This document shows positions 9,326 through 23,388 of a stretch of DNA of 64,000 bases, piece after piece. The notes under the pieces were generated by a model that had not been told where the DNA came from, made no database searches, and saw nothing but the letters and a program-made list of their open reading frames with translations. How positions within the stretch are numbered: the first letter of the stretch is position 1; every line of letters begins with the position of its first letter. The translations under genes and the position numbers were made by a program. The stretch lies in contig OZ024742.1 of assembly GCA_964016885.1 (NCBI GenBank), positions 102,796,001-102,860,000 of the forward strand, read 5' to 3'. The DNA is from Eledone cirrhosa (taxonomy: Eukaryota).

Positions 9326-11456
9326 GGATGGAAATCCAAGATGAAGAAATTTAAGGCATTTTATTTATCTTACAATAATAAGAGGAAAAATAAATAAAAA
9401 TGGTGATACGTCTCGCTTAAGCGCCATTATTATTATCCCGCCGAGGTTAACTTTGCTTTCATCCTTACGGGGTCGATAAAATAAAGTACCAGTAATGCAC
9501 TGGGTAATTGCTGGCCTTGTGCCTAAAGTAGAAACAATTATTATGTAGTGATGTGTCTGTATATTACAATCTGAGTGTTGACTTGAGCAATTTAATATTA
9601 AACATGAATTTCACTCAATCCTTTATAAATAAAAACGTTGTTAGCATAACTTTCTTCACCAGAACTTTTACTCTTGTTATGTGTATGTACACCATACATT
9701 TATATATGTATCTAGCATTATGCTGTACTGCTGAAAACCCCCATTCCCATGTCCAAAAGATGAAACAAACATGTAGTAGACATTAGTCTGCGCCAATCTT
9801 CTCCTTCCCCCTCCCCAATTAACCCTTCCTAGTCTTAATACCACTTTCATACCAACTAATATCCCACTCACCTCACCCATGACCAACTTACATACCCCCC
9901 CCCCCCCCCGATACATCTCTTTTGTTCAACCCATGCATACAAGCATGGAAAGCTGGACATGATGCACATTTGCTCACTCATGATGCTGCTTCCATGACCA
10001 AAAAATCACTCTGTATGGTGATCTGGTGACGCAAGAGGCACCCAGTCTACCCTGTAAGGTGATCATGTTGGTGATACAAGAAAACAAGCACTCAATTCAT
10101 CCAGAAAAGTGGTCGTGCTGGTGACATCTCACTTACATACATTCCCATACTCTACAGAATGTGTTGGGTGTATTTTACCATGGTACCAGCTCTAGGGAAA
10201 TTGTCATGTCTTTGGCAAGTTTTCTATGGCTGGATAGTAATTTTAGTAAATTCATCCAAATTCTTCATTAAATAATTCCAGTTTAGTGTGTTTCATTATA
10301 AGTATGGTAAGAAAGGGGTTAAATATTATCTTCATATTTTAAAATGGGAAAAATATATAATGTGGAAAAAACCATTATCCATTGTATTATGATTATTAGC
10401 AGTAGACTGTTAGATAAAATAGCTTGCAGTGATGTACTTCTCTTCCCTTCTCTCATTATTCCTATTGTGGATTGGCAGTATCGGTAGAGAGTCAGACGCC
10501 ATGCTTTCCAGTATAGAGTTACATCCCTCTACGGACTGAGTTCAAATCCCGCCGAGGTTAACTTTGCCTTTCATCCTTACAGGGTCGAAAAAATAAAGTA
10601 CCAGTAATGCACTGGGTATTTGCTGGCCTTGTGCCAAAAGTAGAAACAATTATTCCTATTGTAACTCAGCTGTAAATATTTCTCCCAGTCCTTCCTTTCC
10701 ACAAACACAAACCACTGAAACAGTCTCCCTGTCCATGGAACATAACTTAACTAAATTATGATGGAAGCTAAAGCCCCCCACCACCACCACTCTTATTACC
10801 ATCCCCCCCCCCAGGCTGGCCGTGGTTTTGAATAAATGGTGGTGTTGAAAAAAATGATTGTGCTGGTGCTACAATAAAATGCACTCAGCCCACTCTGTAA
10901 AGTGGTAGTGCTAGAACCATGGTAAAATTCCCTCAGTGTACCCTGTCATTCGGTAGTGGTGGTGCCATGGTAAAACACACCCAGTACATTCTGTGGAGTA
11001 GTTGTCATTAAGAAGGATATACAGCCATAGAAACCATGCCTGAACTCTTCACTGTCCATATTTTCATTACAGATATCAACTGCTTCACCCTCCCATCAAG
11101 GTCAACATTTTATGATCACTTTTCTTCTCAATCTAAATTTCTGTGCCACACATTTTTGAAAAAGGCTACAGTCCATTTAATTAGCTCCAGTATATGAACC
11201 CATGAAGGATTGGCAAGATTTGAACTCAGAAATGAAAGTTACAGTAACTAAATATCTGAAGATATTTAGTATGACACTGTTGTTTCTACTGCTCATATTC
11301 TCACTCCTACACTATATATTATTAGCACACAACAAATATACAAACAAACCTGATGACTTATTTCTTTCTGATGTTTGCTTTTACAGATCTCATTCTATTT
11401 CTGATATCAAGAAGAAAATTTATAGCTGTTCCTTTACTCCTTTATAAAAGACCAAC

Positions 11457-11573
11457 ATGTCTTTTGATGTATCAACAACAGCTTCCTTGAGAAACTTTCC
11501 TGAACCAAACTTGGCCGACTGTGACAATACCCTACTCAACAATGAACCTATCTCCCCAGAAACCACACCCCAG
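11457..11573 (+). CDS. Candidate first coding exon (exon 11387-11573), possibly of MSH5
   Basis: Pyrimidine tract + TTACAG acceptor at 11386, in-frame upstream TAA, ACCAAC-ATG start, 39 codons MSFDVSTTASLRNFPEPNLADCDNTLLNNEPISPETTPQ, and a CAG|GTACAT phase-0 donor compatible with the exon at 62012. No sequence homology support. Confidence 0.5.
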
Positions 11574-12599
11574 GTACATTTATATTTATTTATGTATTTA
11601 ATTTATTTTTGATATGTCAATTTAATTGCCTATGAGAACTGAAGTTCTGAATAAGACAGGCATTGACAGAATGCATTGACTTGTGTTCTGTTCATTGGAA
11701 TAAAACTGTTTGTGTACTTTACCCATTATATTGCTATTGGTGTACAATGGTATATTGTGAGGGTGTGGGATTCTAGTTTGTAGTGATATCACACAGCAAG
11801 TACTGTAGTGTGAGGTTCTGGATTGGAGTGGTATATGTAACATAACAAACATTACACACTGTTTGTTATGTTCATAGTTAGCTGATTTCACAATCACTCT
11901 ACTCCAATTTTTGTTATCTAATGTTATAATGCCTTTCAGAAAAGAGTACATGTTAGCCAGCCTTATTTATTATAAACCTGAGAGCTTCTATTTCTGTGAG
12001 AAATAAATTATATTTAACCCTTCATTACCATATTTCTGAGGAAATACACCACCTATGTTTTTCAGTTAATTTTATAAATAAGCAACAAGTTGAAGGGATT
12101 TAGTAAAATATCTAATCATATTATTAAGCTAGTGTTGGTAGAGGGTTGGACACCATGCTTTGTAGCAAAGAGTTACGGCCCTTTATGGTCTGAGTTCAAA
12201 TCCCGCCGAGGTTAACTTTGCCTTTCATCCTTATGGGGTCGATAAAATAAAGTACCAGTAATACACTGGGATAATTGCTGGCCTTGTGCCAAAAGTAGGA
12301 ACAATTATTAAGCTAGTGTTTAGTACATAGTATAAAGATCTTCCATAACATTATTTTTTATTTACTTTAAAGTAAGAGGTCTGTCATTGTAGAATTTGGG
12401 CAGGTTAACATCAAAGGGTTTAAGAAGAATTGTTCATAGATTGTGGTAGTTCTTTCAATTTGAACTAGTGGTAAGGGTTGATGCAGTTAATATTTAGCTT
12501 AAAGAGTTAAGTGGATTTTAGGAAAAAAGGCCTGACTTAATTCTTAATTGAAATAGAGTGTATTTCATTAGAAATGCAGTCACAAAAGGGTTAACTCTT

Positions 12600-12965
12600 T
12601 TGTGGCCACAAAGGTTTTCTTGTTTAGACAAAGACATTGTATAAATGGGAAATTGGATCAGTGGGGCAACTATCTATGTGCCATAGGACTGCTCTGTAAG
12701 AGTTGACCTGGGGCAATACAACACTGACAAATGGATAGACTGTATAATGTTTGTGTTCAAATATATGAGTTGAATGTGGAGGGAAAATGTTGACTGGAAA
12801 AAAATGAGGTAAGTATGCTCAGCTGGATGTAAGGTATTTGCATGCATGAACGGTGGAGCATAAATGTGCTGAGATAAAAACTTGACTTTAGAGATATCTC
12901 CTGTAGTATACAGGAGAGAAGACTGTATAGGCATGGACACATGATGTGCATAAAGAATGTTAGTT
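12600..12965 (+). mobile_element. Highly decayed RTE LINE fragment
   Basis: Residual similarity to the C-terminal region of 5220-5490 (KGFS..., MLxWM, QERRL..GH). Confidence 0.55.
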
Positions 12966-13040
12966 AGGTGAAAGAGTATCAAACAACATTTAAAAAATAA
13001 CTTTATAGGCTTAAGGAGATGGATGGTACCAACATAGCAT

Positions 13041-14205
13041 CTGAGATATGGTACCTAATTACAGGTAGGTGGTATAATATCAGAGATATGGTACCTACAT
13101 ACAGGTAGGTTGTCTAATATCAGATATATGGTACCTACATACAGGTAGGTGGTCTAATATCAGAGATATAGTACCTTATTACAGGTAGGTTGTCTAATAT
13201 CAGAGATATAGTACCTACATACAGGTAGCTAGTCTAATATCAGAGATATAGTACCTACATACAGGTAGGTGGTCTAATATCAGAGATATAGTACTTACAT
13301 ACAGGTAGGTAGTCTAATATCAGAGATATAGTACCTACATACAGGTAGCTAGTCTAATATCAGAGATATAGTACCTAATTACAGGTAGGTTGTTTAATAT
13401 CAGAGATATGGTACCTACATACAGGTAGGTGGTCTAATATCAGAGATATAGTACCTAATTACAGGTAGGTGGTCTAATATCAGAGATATAGTACCTTATT
13501 ACAGGTAGGTAGTCTAATATCAGAGATATAGTACTTACATACAGGTAGGTTGTCTAATATCAGAGATATAGTACCTAATTACAGGTAGCTAGTCTAATAT
13601 CAGAGATATAGTACCTAATTACAGGTAGGTAGTCTAATATCAGAGATATAGTACTTACATACAGGTAGGTTGTCTAATATCAGAGATATAGTACCTAATT
13701 GCAGGTAGCTAGTCTAATATCAGAGATATAGTACCTAATTACAGGTAGGTTGTTTAATATCAGAGATATGGTACCTACATACAGGTAGGTTGTCTAATAT
13801 CGGAGATATAGTACCTAATTACAGGTAGGTAGTCTAATATCAGAGATATAGTACCTAATTACATGTAGGTTGTCTAATATCAGAGATATAGTACTTACAT
13901 ACAGGTAGGTAGTCTAATATCAGAGATATAGTACCTAATTACAGGTAGGTAGTCTAATATCAGAGATATAATACTTACATACAGGTAGGTTTTCTAATAT
14001 CAGAGATATAGTACCTAATTACAGGTAGGTAGTCTAATATCAGAGATATAATACTTACATACAGGTAGGTTTTCTAATATCAGAGATATAGTACCTAATT
14101 ACAGGTAGGTAGTCTAATATCAGAGATATAGTACTTACATACAGGTAGGTAGTCTAATATCAGAGATATAGTACTTACATACAGGTAGGTAGTCTAATAT
14201 CAGAG
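13041..14205. repeat. 40-bp minisatellite, ~29 copies
   Basis: Unit CAGAGATATAGTACCTACATACAGGTAGGTAGTCTAATAT; strict 40-bp register with substitution variants only. Confidence 0.97.
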
Positions 14206-16527
14206 AAAAAATTATGACCTATTGATCATTTTTATTTCATTTGACCATCACCTTTAATGACTGATGCCAATAGTGTGTGTCTTAATGGTTAAAGAACTAG
14301 TGTCATATGATATATATGTATGCATGCACACGTGCACACGCACACAAATATATATATGTATGTATCTGTGTTTATATTTATGAATTAGATGTGGAAAATA
14401 TAAATTAGCTTATAAATAAATAGTTGAAGATTGATTGAGAAATTAATAAATGTTTTTCAGATGATGATGGTGGTGGAGATGGTGGTGGGTGTGGTGGGGG
14501 TGGATATGGAGGTGGAGGTGGTGGTGGGGCGGTGATAATGATGGTGGTGGGTATGGAGGTAGTGTTGGTGGTGGAGGTGATAATGATGGTGATGGTGATG
14601 GTGATGGTGTGATATACTAATGTTAGTCACGTCAGTTTAATTCAGTTGAAATGTTATGAGGTTATAAAATACCAACCATTAAACAGTTATCTCTACTGAT
14701 TCAGAACTAAAAATGTCTACCATCTAATGTGTCTACATTAATAAATAACTGGCATCCATGAATGAAGAACAACACAACAGAGCCTTGATATACTAGAAAT
14801 AGTAGCTGGATCTCGCACAAATTATACAGCACAATCTTAAACAAAAACAAGAGAAATAGAGAGAGAGTAGTGGCATGCATGAATGAACAACACAACAGGG
14901 CCTTGATCTACTAGAAATAGTAGCTGGATCTCGCATAAATTATATACATCACAATCTTAAGGAAAGAACGAGAGAGAGACTTTATTTCTCAAACCTGGAA
15001 GGATGACAGGCAAAGTTCCCCTAGATAGTATCTGCAGTCAGAGTACAGAGAGCCAGAAGTTTGAATTCAGAGTGTAGGGAGCCAGATTAAATATTGCAAG
15101 TATTTATCCTGTCAGTAGGTGCTGAGCTGACTAGCCACAGCTGTGAGCCTCGCGAGATGGAATGGCTCTTCCAGCTCATCTCCCTTACCATCCTCCGGGG
15201 AAACGCCTTCTGCATTCTGTCCGCCAGTGCTGAAGGGCGGTAGGCACATGGGACCCCATTTACTCATAATACAGAGAGATGGGGAGGGTGAGAGAGATGG
15301 AGGCGATGAGTGGGAGTTCGGCTCTTCCGTGTTCGGACCTGGTGTGCAGCATCAGTTGTCCGTAGGGAGGTAGTGGTTTGTATTTAGCAAAGGTTTTTAG
15401 AACCTTGTGTTTGAGATTCCTGTATGTATTATCATATATTTGGGTTCAAAGTTTAAACTTTATACAGTAGCTTATTGATTTCTAATTTAAACACAAGGCC
15501 AGCAAATTTTTGGGAAGGGCAAAGTTGATTATATCAAACCCAGTACTTGACTGGCACTTTATTTTATGAACCCCAGAATGATGAAAGGCAAAGTTGATCT
15601 TGGTGGGATTTGAACTCAGAATGTGAAGAGTCAGTACAAATATGTACAGCAATGGCATTTTACCCAATGCCTTACCATTTCTGCCAATCTACCACCCTAA
15701 TTTGATGAATATTGAATGGTGGTGAATATGACTGTCACACTCTGGCTATTGATTGAAGTAGTGTCACACACTTGCTGCATGGTAGTTTCAACCAGCTGTC
15801 AATTGCTCAATATTGATATCAATTTGTGTCCTTGCATCGACATTAGAAATCAATATTGATATCTGATAGTACCTGTTTATTGGTATTTACCATACTGCTG
15901 TGCTGTATCCTACTGCTGTTTCTTCTACTGTTACAACTGCAGGCTTATGGTCAGATTTTGGTACTCAGAACATTTTTATCAACTCTATTTTCTAAATCTG
16001 AGGGTGCTCCATTGAAATGTAGGAGTGAAGGATTGTGCCATCCAATGACTCATCCCTTTTCCTTGGTGGTGGGCCTGTACAACTTTAGAATTAACATCTC
16101 CACCTCAATTCAACTTCATGTGCTTCTCTCCTTCCTTTGCTACCTCGCATCTGTCTCACCTGTAAGACTTTGCACTAAATTCATTTATTCCACTCTTTCT
16201 TCTGCCAAAACTGACTCTCTGTAACTCCTTCCCTATCGACATTTCTATATATGTATTAACCTACAGACACTGGGGCTATAAACATCAACTACATTAACTT
16301 TTCTCTTACAATCTAAGAACTGTAAAGATCTTGGGAGCACAGCTTCTCATCCTTTCGTCTTTTTCCTCTAACTAATCTACCATAATATGCCATGTGTGTT
16401 TGTATATTTATATATATCTTCCACTGTACTCTTTAAAATTTACACACATAAACATATATATATATAGACACACACATATATATATATATAGACACACACA
16501 TATATATATATAGACACACACATGTAT

Positions 16528-18615
16528 CCGGAATGATAAAGGTGAGCTTGCCCTCACAAGTGCTGAGAAGAAAGATGCATGGAAGAGTCATTATGATAGA
16601 TTACTAAATGAGGAGAATGCATGGGAAGAAGAGACTCTACCCAAAGTAGACTCTATAGAGGGGCCAGCAGTACAAGTCAGCAGCAGCGTAGTAAGTAAGG
16701 CAATCAAAGATATGAAGATGGGGAAGGCAACCGGTCCATCGGGTATAGCTGCCGAGATGCTGAAGGCATCTGGGTCTGTAGGTCACACTATAACCACACG
16801 TATTGTTAACCAGGTAATACTAGAAGGTGTCATACCAAAAGATTGGTGCAGTAGCATCATTGTCAACTGCTACAAAGGTAAAGGTGATAGAGGAAACTAT
16901 AGAGGTATAAAGCTGATGGACCAGGTCATGAAAGTAACAGAAAGAGTTATAGCACAGTTGATTAGGGACTGGGTGAAACTAGATGAGATGCAATTTGGGT
17001 TTGTACCAGGAAGAGGCACCACTGATGCCCTCTTCCTTGTGAGGCAGTTACAGAAAAAGTACCTAGCTAAAAGTAAGCCACTCTACCTAGCATTCGTCGA
17101 TCTCGAGAAAGCCTTTGACAGAGTTCCACGTGCTGTAATCTGGTGGGCTCTTAGAAAACTAGGAGTAGATAAATGGCTTGTGAAAGCTGTACAAGCCATG
17201 TATAGGGGAGCAGTCAGAAAAGTTAGGATTAGCAATGAGTATAGTGAGGAATTTAGCGTACAGGTTGGGGTCCACCAGGGCTCTGTTCTTAGCCCTCTCC
17301 TGTTCATCATAGTGCTGCAGGCAATAACGGAGGAGTTTAAGACCAGATGCCCATGGGAACTCCTGATGACCTCGCACTTATAGCTGAATCTATGGTAGAA
17401 CTAGAGAAGAAATTCCAAACTTGGAAGCAGGGACTAGAAAGAAAGGGTCTCAAAGTCAACATGACAAAGACTAAGATCCTTGTAAGTAGACAAGAAAACA
17501 GAACCCAGATCCCCTCAGGGAAATAGCCTTGCTCAGGTGTAGGTAGGAACTCCCTTCTCTGCCCCAAATGCAAACAATGGGTACACAAGAGATGTAGCGG
17601 GATCTCAGGAAGCTTAATTAAGAATGTAGGCTTCACATGCAGCAGCTGTACTGGGACAGCAAGCAGCAAACAGCCACAGGAAACAAATACCACCAATCTC
17701 TGGGAGGGCTCTGTAGAGACAGTAGACAGCTTCTGCTACCTAGGTGACCGAATTAGCAGCGGAGGTGGGTGTTCAGAAAGTACAATAACTAGGGTAAGAA
17801 CGGGATGGAAGAAGTTCAGGGAACTGTTACCACTGCTAGCTGCAAAAGGCTTCTCCCTCAAAATGAGAGGCAGACTGTATGATGTGTGTATCCGAACAGC
17901 AATGTTACATGGTAGTGAGGCCTGGGCGCTGAAGGTGGAAGACTTACGTAGATTAGAGAGAAACGAAGCCTGCATGCTCCGATGGATGTGTAATAGTAAT
18001 ATACGCGAACGACAAAGCATAAATGAATTGAGAGAGAGACTGAGCATAAGAGGAATCAAATGCTGTGTGCAGGAGAGGCGGATGCGTTGGTATGGACATG
18101 TGATGCGTATGAAGGATGACAGCTGCATAAAAAGGTTCAGAGCACTAGAAGTCGATGGAAACCGCGGAGTGGGGAGACCCAAGATGACCTGGGATGAGGT
18201 GATAAAAGCCGACCTTACCCAATTACACCTCTCAAAGGCGATGACACACGACCGTGACCTTTGGCGTCACGCAGTAATACAGAGTACCCGACCTCCCATG
18301 GGTACAAGCTGAAGCATATAGACAATATGCCCCCACACCCCCCACTGCAAGGTGGTCGTGGAGGTGCCACGGCAAAAAAGCACCCAGCCCACACTGTAAA
18401 GTGGACGTGTAGACGCCACGAAAAAGCACCCAGCACTCACTGTAAATGAGGTTGGTGTTAGGAAGGGCATCCAGCTGTAGAAATGAGCCAAATCAGTTCC
18501 TGTATGAGCAAAGCATGGTCAGCCGACCAGACACTGCCCACAACAGGACAACCTGTCTAACCCATGCTTGCGTGGAAGAACGGACGTAAAACGGTGATGA
18601 TGATGATGATGATGA
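16528..18615 (+). mobile_element. RTE-clade LINE, 5'-truncated, with long 3' UTR containing ~48-bp repeats
   Basis: ORFs 16712-17383 and 17863-18312 carry RT motifs (DLEKAFD, GVHQGSVLSPLLF). YADD is disrupted by a small deletion near 17365. PHD-like remnant at 17530-17650; 3' UTR repeats at 18340-18450; (GAT)n tail. Confidence 0.95.
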
Positions 18616-20747
18616 CACAATGTATTTCCTATATCAGTCATGTTATTGCAATAAAAAGACCACTTTGCAATCACATGGGCTTGGACTTTAACCTTACATT
18701 TGTCCTTGTAAATAGTTATTTCTCCAAATTACTCATACATTTACTCCTGTATGTCATTGCACATATGTGCTGAACATTTATGTAATTATATCTTAGAAAT
18801 AAATTATTAGAATATCATTTTTATCTTTAATCACTTTAATCAACATAACCTATAGGTTTTCTTTTATGTAAACCATTAATTTATCAAAATTCACATTTCC
18901 CAGTTTGTATTATTGTTCATTCATATCTGGTAGCCCTGATGTATATAGCATACCAGTCTTGGACTCCAAAAATTAAATACATTCAACACTATTGCTGTCA
19001 TTATTGACAGCTCTGGTCCACTAGTTTATAAAATAGATGTTGATTGTTCTGTAGCGTGTGAGGAATTTAATGTACACAGTATGATGCTGTATTTAACTAC
19101 CCACCCATGTCAAACACAAAACAACACTAACCCTTAAGTTTGATTAATTTTGAGGATAATGAAATATTTCTATGAATTTTTTTAAATGAATAACTCCTTC
19201 ATTAGTAAACTGATATTTAGAACATTACTTACCAAATATTTCCAAAATATAATTATGATGGAAGGTTTTAATATATGGATAAACATTTTAAAAGGAGTAG
19301 TTTTGTATCATAAATCCAGGGTGGATTCAAGAGGTTTAGTATCAAAAAGATTAAAGTGCTTGTGTTTTCACCAGTTCCAATTAATTTTGAAAATATCAAA
19401 AAATTTGGAAGAATTTTGGTAGAGTGGTAGTGCAGATGTCTGCAATATGGCATGTCCAAGTTTAATTCCAAGTAAAGATAAGTTTTTCATTAGTAAGGTG
19501 ATATTTATAACATTACTTAACAAAAGATTCTAAAATACAATTATGATGGAAGGTTTTAATATAATTGTTTCTACTTTTGGCACAAGGCCAGCAATTATTT
19601 CAGTGTATTACTGGTACTTTATTTTATCGACCCCGTAAAGGGACGTAACTATGCTAGAAAGCATGTCGTCCAACCCTCTACCAATACTGCCAATTCACAA
19701 TATAATGAACAGTTGTGTATCATAAACACAAGGTGGTTTCAGGCAGTTTAGTATCAAAAAGGTTAAAGTGCTTCCATTGTTCTCTCTAGTCCCAATGTTT
19801 GTCGTTAGAAAGCTGGTATTTAGGATATTACTTACCAAAAAAATTTTAAATAAAATTACGATGGAAGGTTTTGATATAAAAATAAAAAGTTTTAAATGAA
19901 CGGTTTTATATCATAAATCCAGATTTCAGTCAGTTTGGTATCAAAAGAGTTAAAGTGCTTGTGTTGTTCTCACCATATATATAGTCTGTTTGTACTGTTA
20001 AAGTTTAAGGAGCAATTAGTAACAGAATAAGAATTTAGATGACAGTTCATCACTTCCTTTCACACCTGCTAACTCACAGTTGCTATGGAAGTTAGTGTGA
20101 GAGAAACTGGAGTAAGTGGTTTTGGTATTAAGTGGCTAGAATGACCCACTTCTAACCCATCTTAGAAGAAATAGTCTCAAGAATGCTTTTAATATGGGTC
20201 ATGCTTGACCCTTCTTCAACATATTATCTCTTGGAGAAGTTGTGCTGCTCTTTTAATATACCAGGATTGTCATTGCTGCCATCATCACTATTGTCTCAAA
20301 CATCACCACTGACTTCCCCACCACCACAACTGCTATTGCCACCACTACTGACCTGACCTCCAACCACCACCACCGCTGACCCCACTGCCTATACCACATT
20401 TTGGTCCCATAAAGTTTATACCCCTATTCTGGGAGTATATTTGAACTGCTCCTTCCAAAAATGGCATTAGCTTTATCCTAACCAGCTTAATTAATAATCA
20501 CGTTATTTTGCTACAAAAGCAACAATATTAATGCTAGTAATATATTACATGCTATTACATTGTTCAACACATGCACACACACACACACACATGAAAGAGG
20601 CGGGACCCCAACAGCTGAGCTCTAGCTGTTTTAATAGTTGGTTCCAAACTCGGGGTCCCGACTCTTTCATATTACCACACTCAACTACCCCAAGTATGAG
20701 GTACTTTGGTGAGTAATGGTCTAACAGGTTTTTACTGCATCCATTTT

Positions 20748-20806
<59 letters not shown>

Positions 20807-21132
20807 GACTCTGTAACTTGAGTAGAATCTTTGGTGGAACCTTATGTGATGAAAGCCTACTACAAAAACTATTGCTCTCACCAAATGATCTTGTTGAAAG
20901 CATCTCTTCAAGGCTGCAGTTCTAACAACATTATTGGCCCCACCATAAACAAGTGGATACCAGTATATTACATGTTATTAAAACATCTACATTTTATTAA
21001 ATCAGTTTATTTCAAGTTGTGAGTGCAATGCATTAGAATCTATAATAATTGTAACCTCAAAGTAACCATAAACCATATAAATTGATCACTCATTCAACAC
21101 CTGAGAAGCTCTTTTTATAGGACTTTCTAGAG

Positions 21133-21489
21133 CAGTGTTTCTCAACCAGTGTTCTCCAGAACCCTAGGGTTCTGCAAGAGGTCAGTAGGGGTTCTGTAAG
21201 AAATGGTGATGAATAAGCTAATGCATTTTTGAGTTATTTTATATAAATTTTATATTTGTAATTTTACTATACATGTATGGCATATTGTTGGAAAATCCTT
21301 GGTTATTATAATAAAGACTTCAACCTTTTATATTATTTAATATAAAAGAGATAGATAAAACTATAAAAGTGAAAGATATTCATCATCATCATATTAATAA
21401 TGATATATAATAATTTTCTATGCAGGGGTTCCTTGAGACATGAAAACTATTTCAAGGTTTCCCAAGGGTAAAAAGGTTGAGAAATGCTG
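21133..21489. mobile_element. hAT (Charlie-like) MITE
   Basis: TIRs CAGTGTTTCTCAACC / GGTTGAGAAATGCTG. Left flank TTCTAGAG fits the Charlie target consensus; right TSD is degenerate. Confidence 0.75.
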
Positions 21490-22058
21490 TTTTAACATGT
21501 GATTTACCAGATCAGCACCCTATGAAGGTTCCAGCAGTAATCTGTTTTTGACAACGAGAACAACTACTGCTTCCTATCTATGAGGGTAGAATCTTTAGTT
21601 TTGTTTATAAGCTAGAAGTGTATGCTGGACAGTTTTTATGACCTTTGCATGTCCTACCCAACTGATAAAATTAATATGGTTAATATCCACCCTGAATATC
21701 TATATATCAATGTCTCCGGGGTCAAAACAGGAACCTAGAAGAAGTCCTGGTTCTTGTTCAATTGCACATAAAATAGTAAACTCAGCTAAGGGCTCTCAAG
21801 GTGTACAAGTCAGTAGTGTTACACCCTGCTGACATATGAGACCTACTACTTTAAAATCACCCCTTTTTTCATCGGCTTTTTACTGTTTTTCAGTGAGTTA
21901 AGTGATCAGTGTCCAGGCACCTTTTCAGGATATCCAAGACTGATCCGAATGCTAGCAACTTCCAAGAGTCAGGTGGTGTGTTAAACTAGACAATTAAGTC
22001 ACTACAGTGTCCTTACAATTCCACCAGGAATTACAAGTCAAAGAAATTATAATTACAT

Positions 22059-22300
22059 GGAAGCACATGGCCTAGTGTTAAGGGTGTTGGACTTATGACC
22101 ATAACATCATGGGTTTAATTCCTGGACTGAGTTGTGTGTTGTGTTCCTCCAGTATACTCAACTGAAAATGAGTACCAGCAATAGCTGGGTGTTTAACTCT
22201 GCGATGGACTGGTGTCCTGTGCAGGGGGAAGTCTTGTCTTTGCTTAATACCAGGGAATCTGGGATAAGCACTGGCCTGATGAGCCTCTAGGCTCAAGACA
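22059..22300 (+). mobile_element. tRNA-derived SINE with V-domain-like core
   Basis: tRNA-like head GCACATGGCCTAGTG, then TAACTCTGCGATGGACTGGTGTCCTGTGCAGGGG (V-SINE-like) and a GGGATAAGC...GGCCTGATGAGCC tail. Confidence 0.6.
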
Positions 22301-22673
22301 GAATTTAGACATTTTTAGAATTAGACATACCAATTCCAACTAAACAAAAGACAAAGTGTCCTTTGTGGGATTTAAACTCAGAACACATCTAAAACTTGGA
22401 TAAAGGGCTACTCCTATTGTAGTCCCCATGTAGATTTCAGTTGATTTAGTCCACTCTGTCTGGTCAATGCAATGTTTGGTGTGAGATAAATGAGTCAGCA
22501 CCTATCACTTAAATTGTTAATATTACTTAGCAGTTGGAGGTCTTCTGCTACTAGCAGAAATGTCATCTTAATTGCTACTTTTTTCTCAGCAAATTCACAC
22601 AGAATTTGTTAGTTTTTACTTAAGTACCGATTGAAAAGAGTCCTTAGAGACTAATACTGCATACCCCCATACT

Positions 22674-22707
<34 letters not shown>

Positions 22708-23244
22708 CTCTCTATTTCTCACACATACACACATATACTAGAACATTTGCGCATGCACACAGTTTAAAAAGGTGTTTGAAGTTCATGAGAAAATTCACAA
22801 GAATGCTTTCATTTTTAAGCATCTCTCATCTTCTTTTCAATAGTATATGAAGCTTCTGTTTATACGCACAGACACACATATACATATATAATGTAAAGTA
22901 TTTATATACATATAAATACACATACCCACACTTATATATATATACTACAATAGCATGAAGTATGCAGAAAGATAGAAGTTTCAAGATCTAATTGATGATG
23001 ATGATGATGAGGAGGATAAGAATCCATGATATGATACAACAGATAAAAGAGAATATATATAGGAAATAAATAGAAGTAGAAACAATCAAGAGTTAAGATT
23101 GTATCTCATATATTTATTGCTGTTGTCTTCATTTCATCATAGTTATTTAAATATATCTTGTGTGTACGTGCATATGCATTACACACACATAAACACATAA
23201 CTGTGTGCCTAATTACAATAAAGCCTACCCCCTCCCATATACAC

Positions 23245-23304
<60 letters not shown>

Positions 23305-23388
23305 AAAGTATATATTGAGTTAAAAACTCACAATAGTCCTTTATAATTAAAATAACTCAAGAAAAAAAACATTTTCTGAGTCTTATAA

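Noticed and set aside
9400-9428. Possible 3' half of a hammerhead (GC-TTAA-GC-GAGA-CGTA-TC, minus strand)
   Set aside because: GAAA is mutated and the CUGAUGA half is missing where a SINE fragment begins; too little to call.
13041-14205. CRISPR-like array (regular palindromic repeats)
   Set aside because: No unique spacers, no cas genes, eukaryotic context; this and the other arrays are head-to-tail minisatellites.
14461-14610. Gly-rich exon after a TTTTTCAG acceptor
   Set aside because: Degenerate (GGT/GAT)n repeat like 48285-48495 and 59800-60170; no convincing frame or donor.
22277-22296. CTGATGA followed by a small hairpin
   Set aside because: No GAAA core; it is part of a SINE tail. 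Isolated CTGATGA at 177, 1016 and 51745 were rejected for the same lack of structure.
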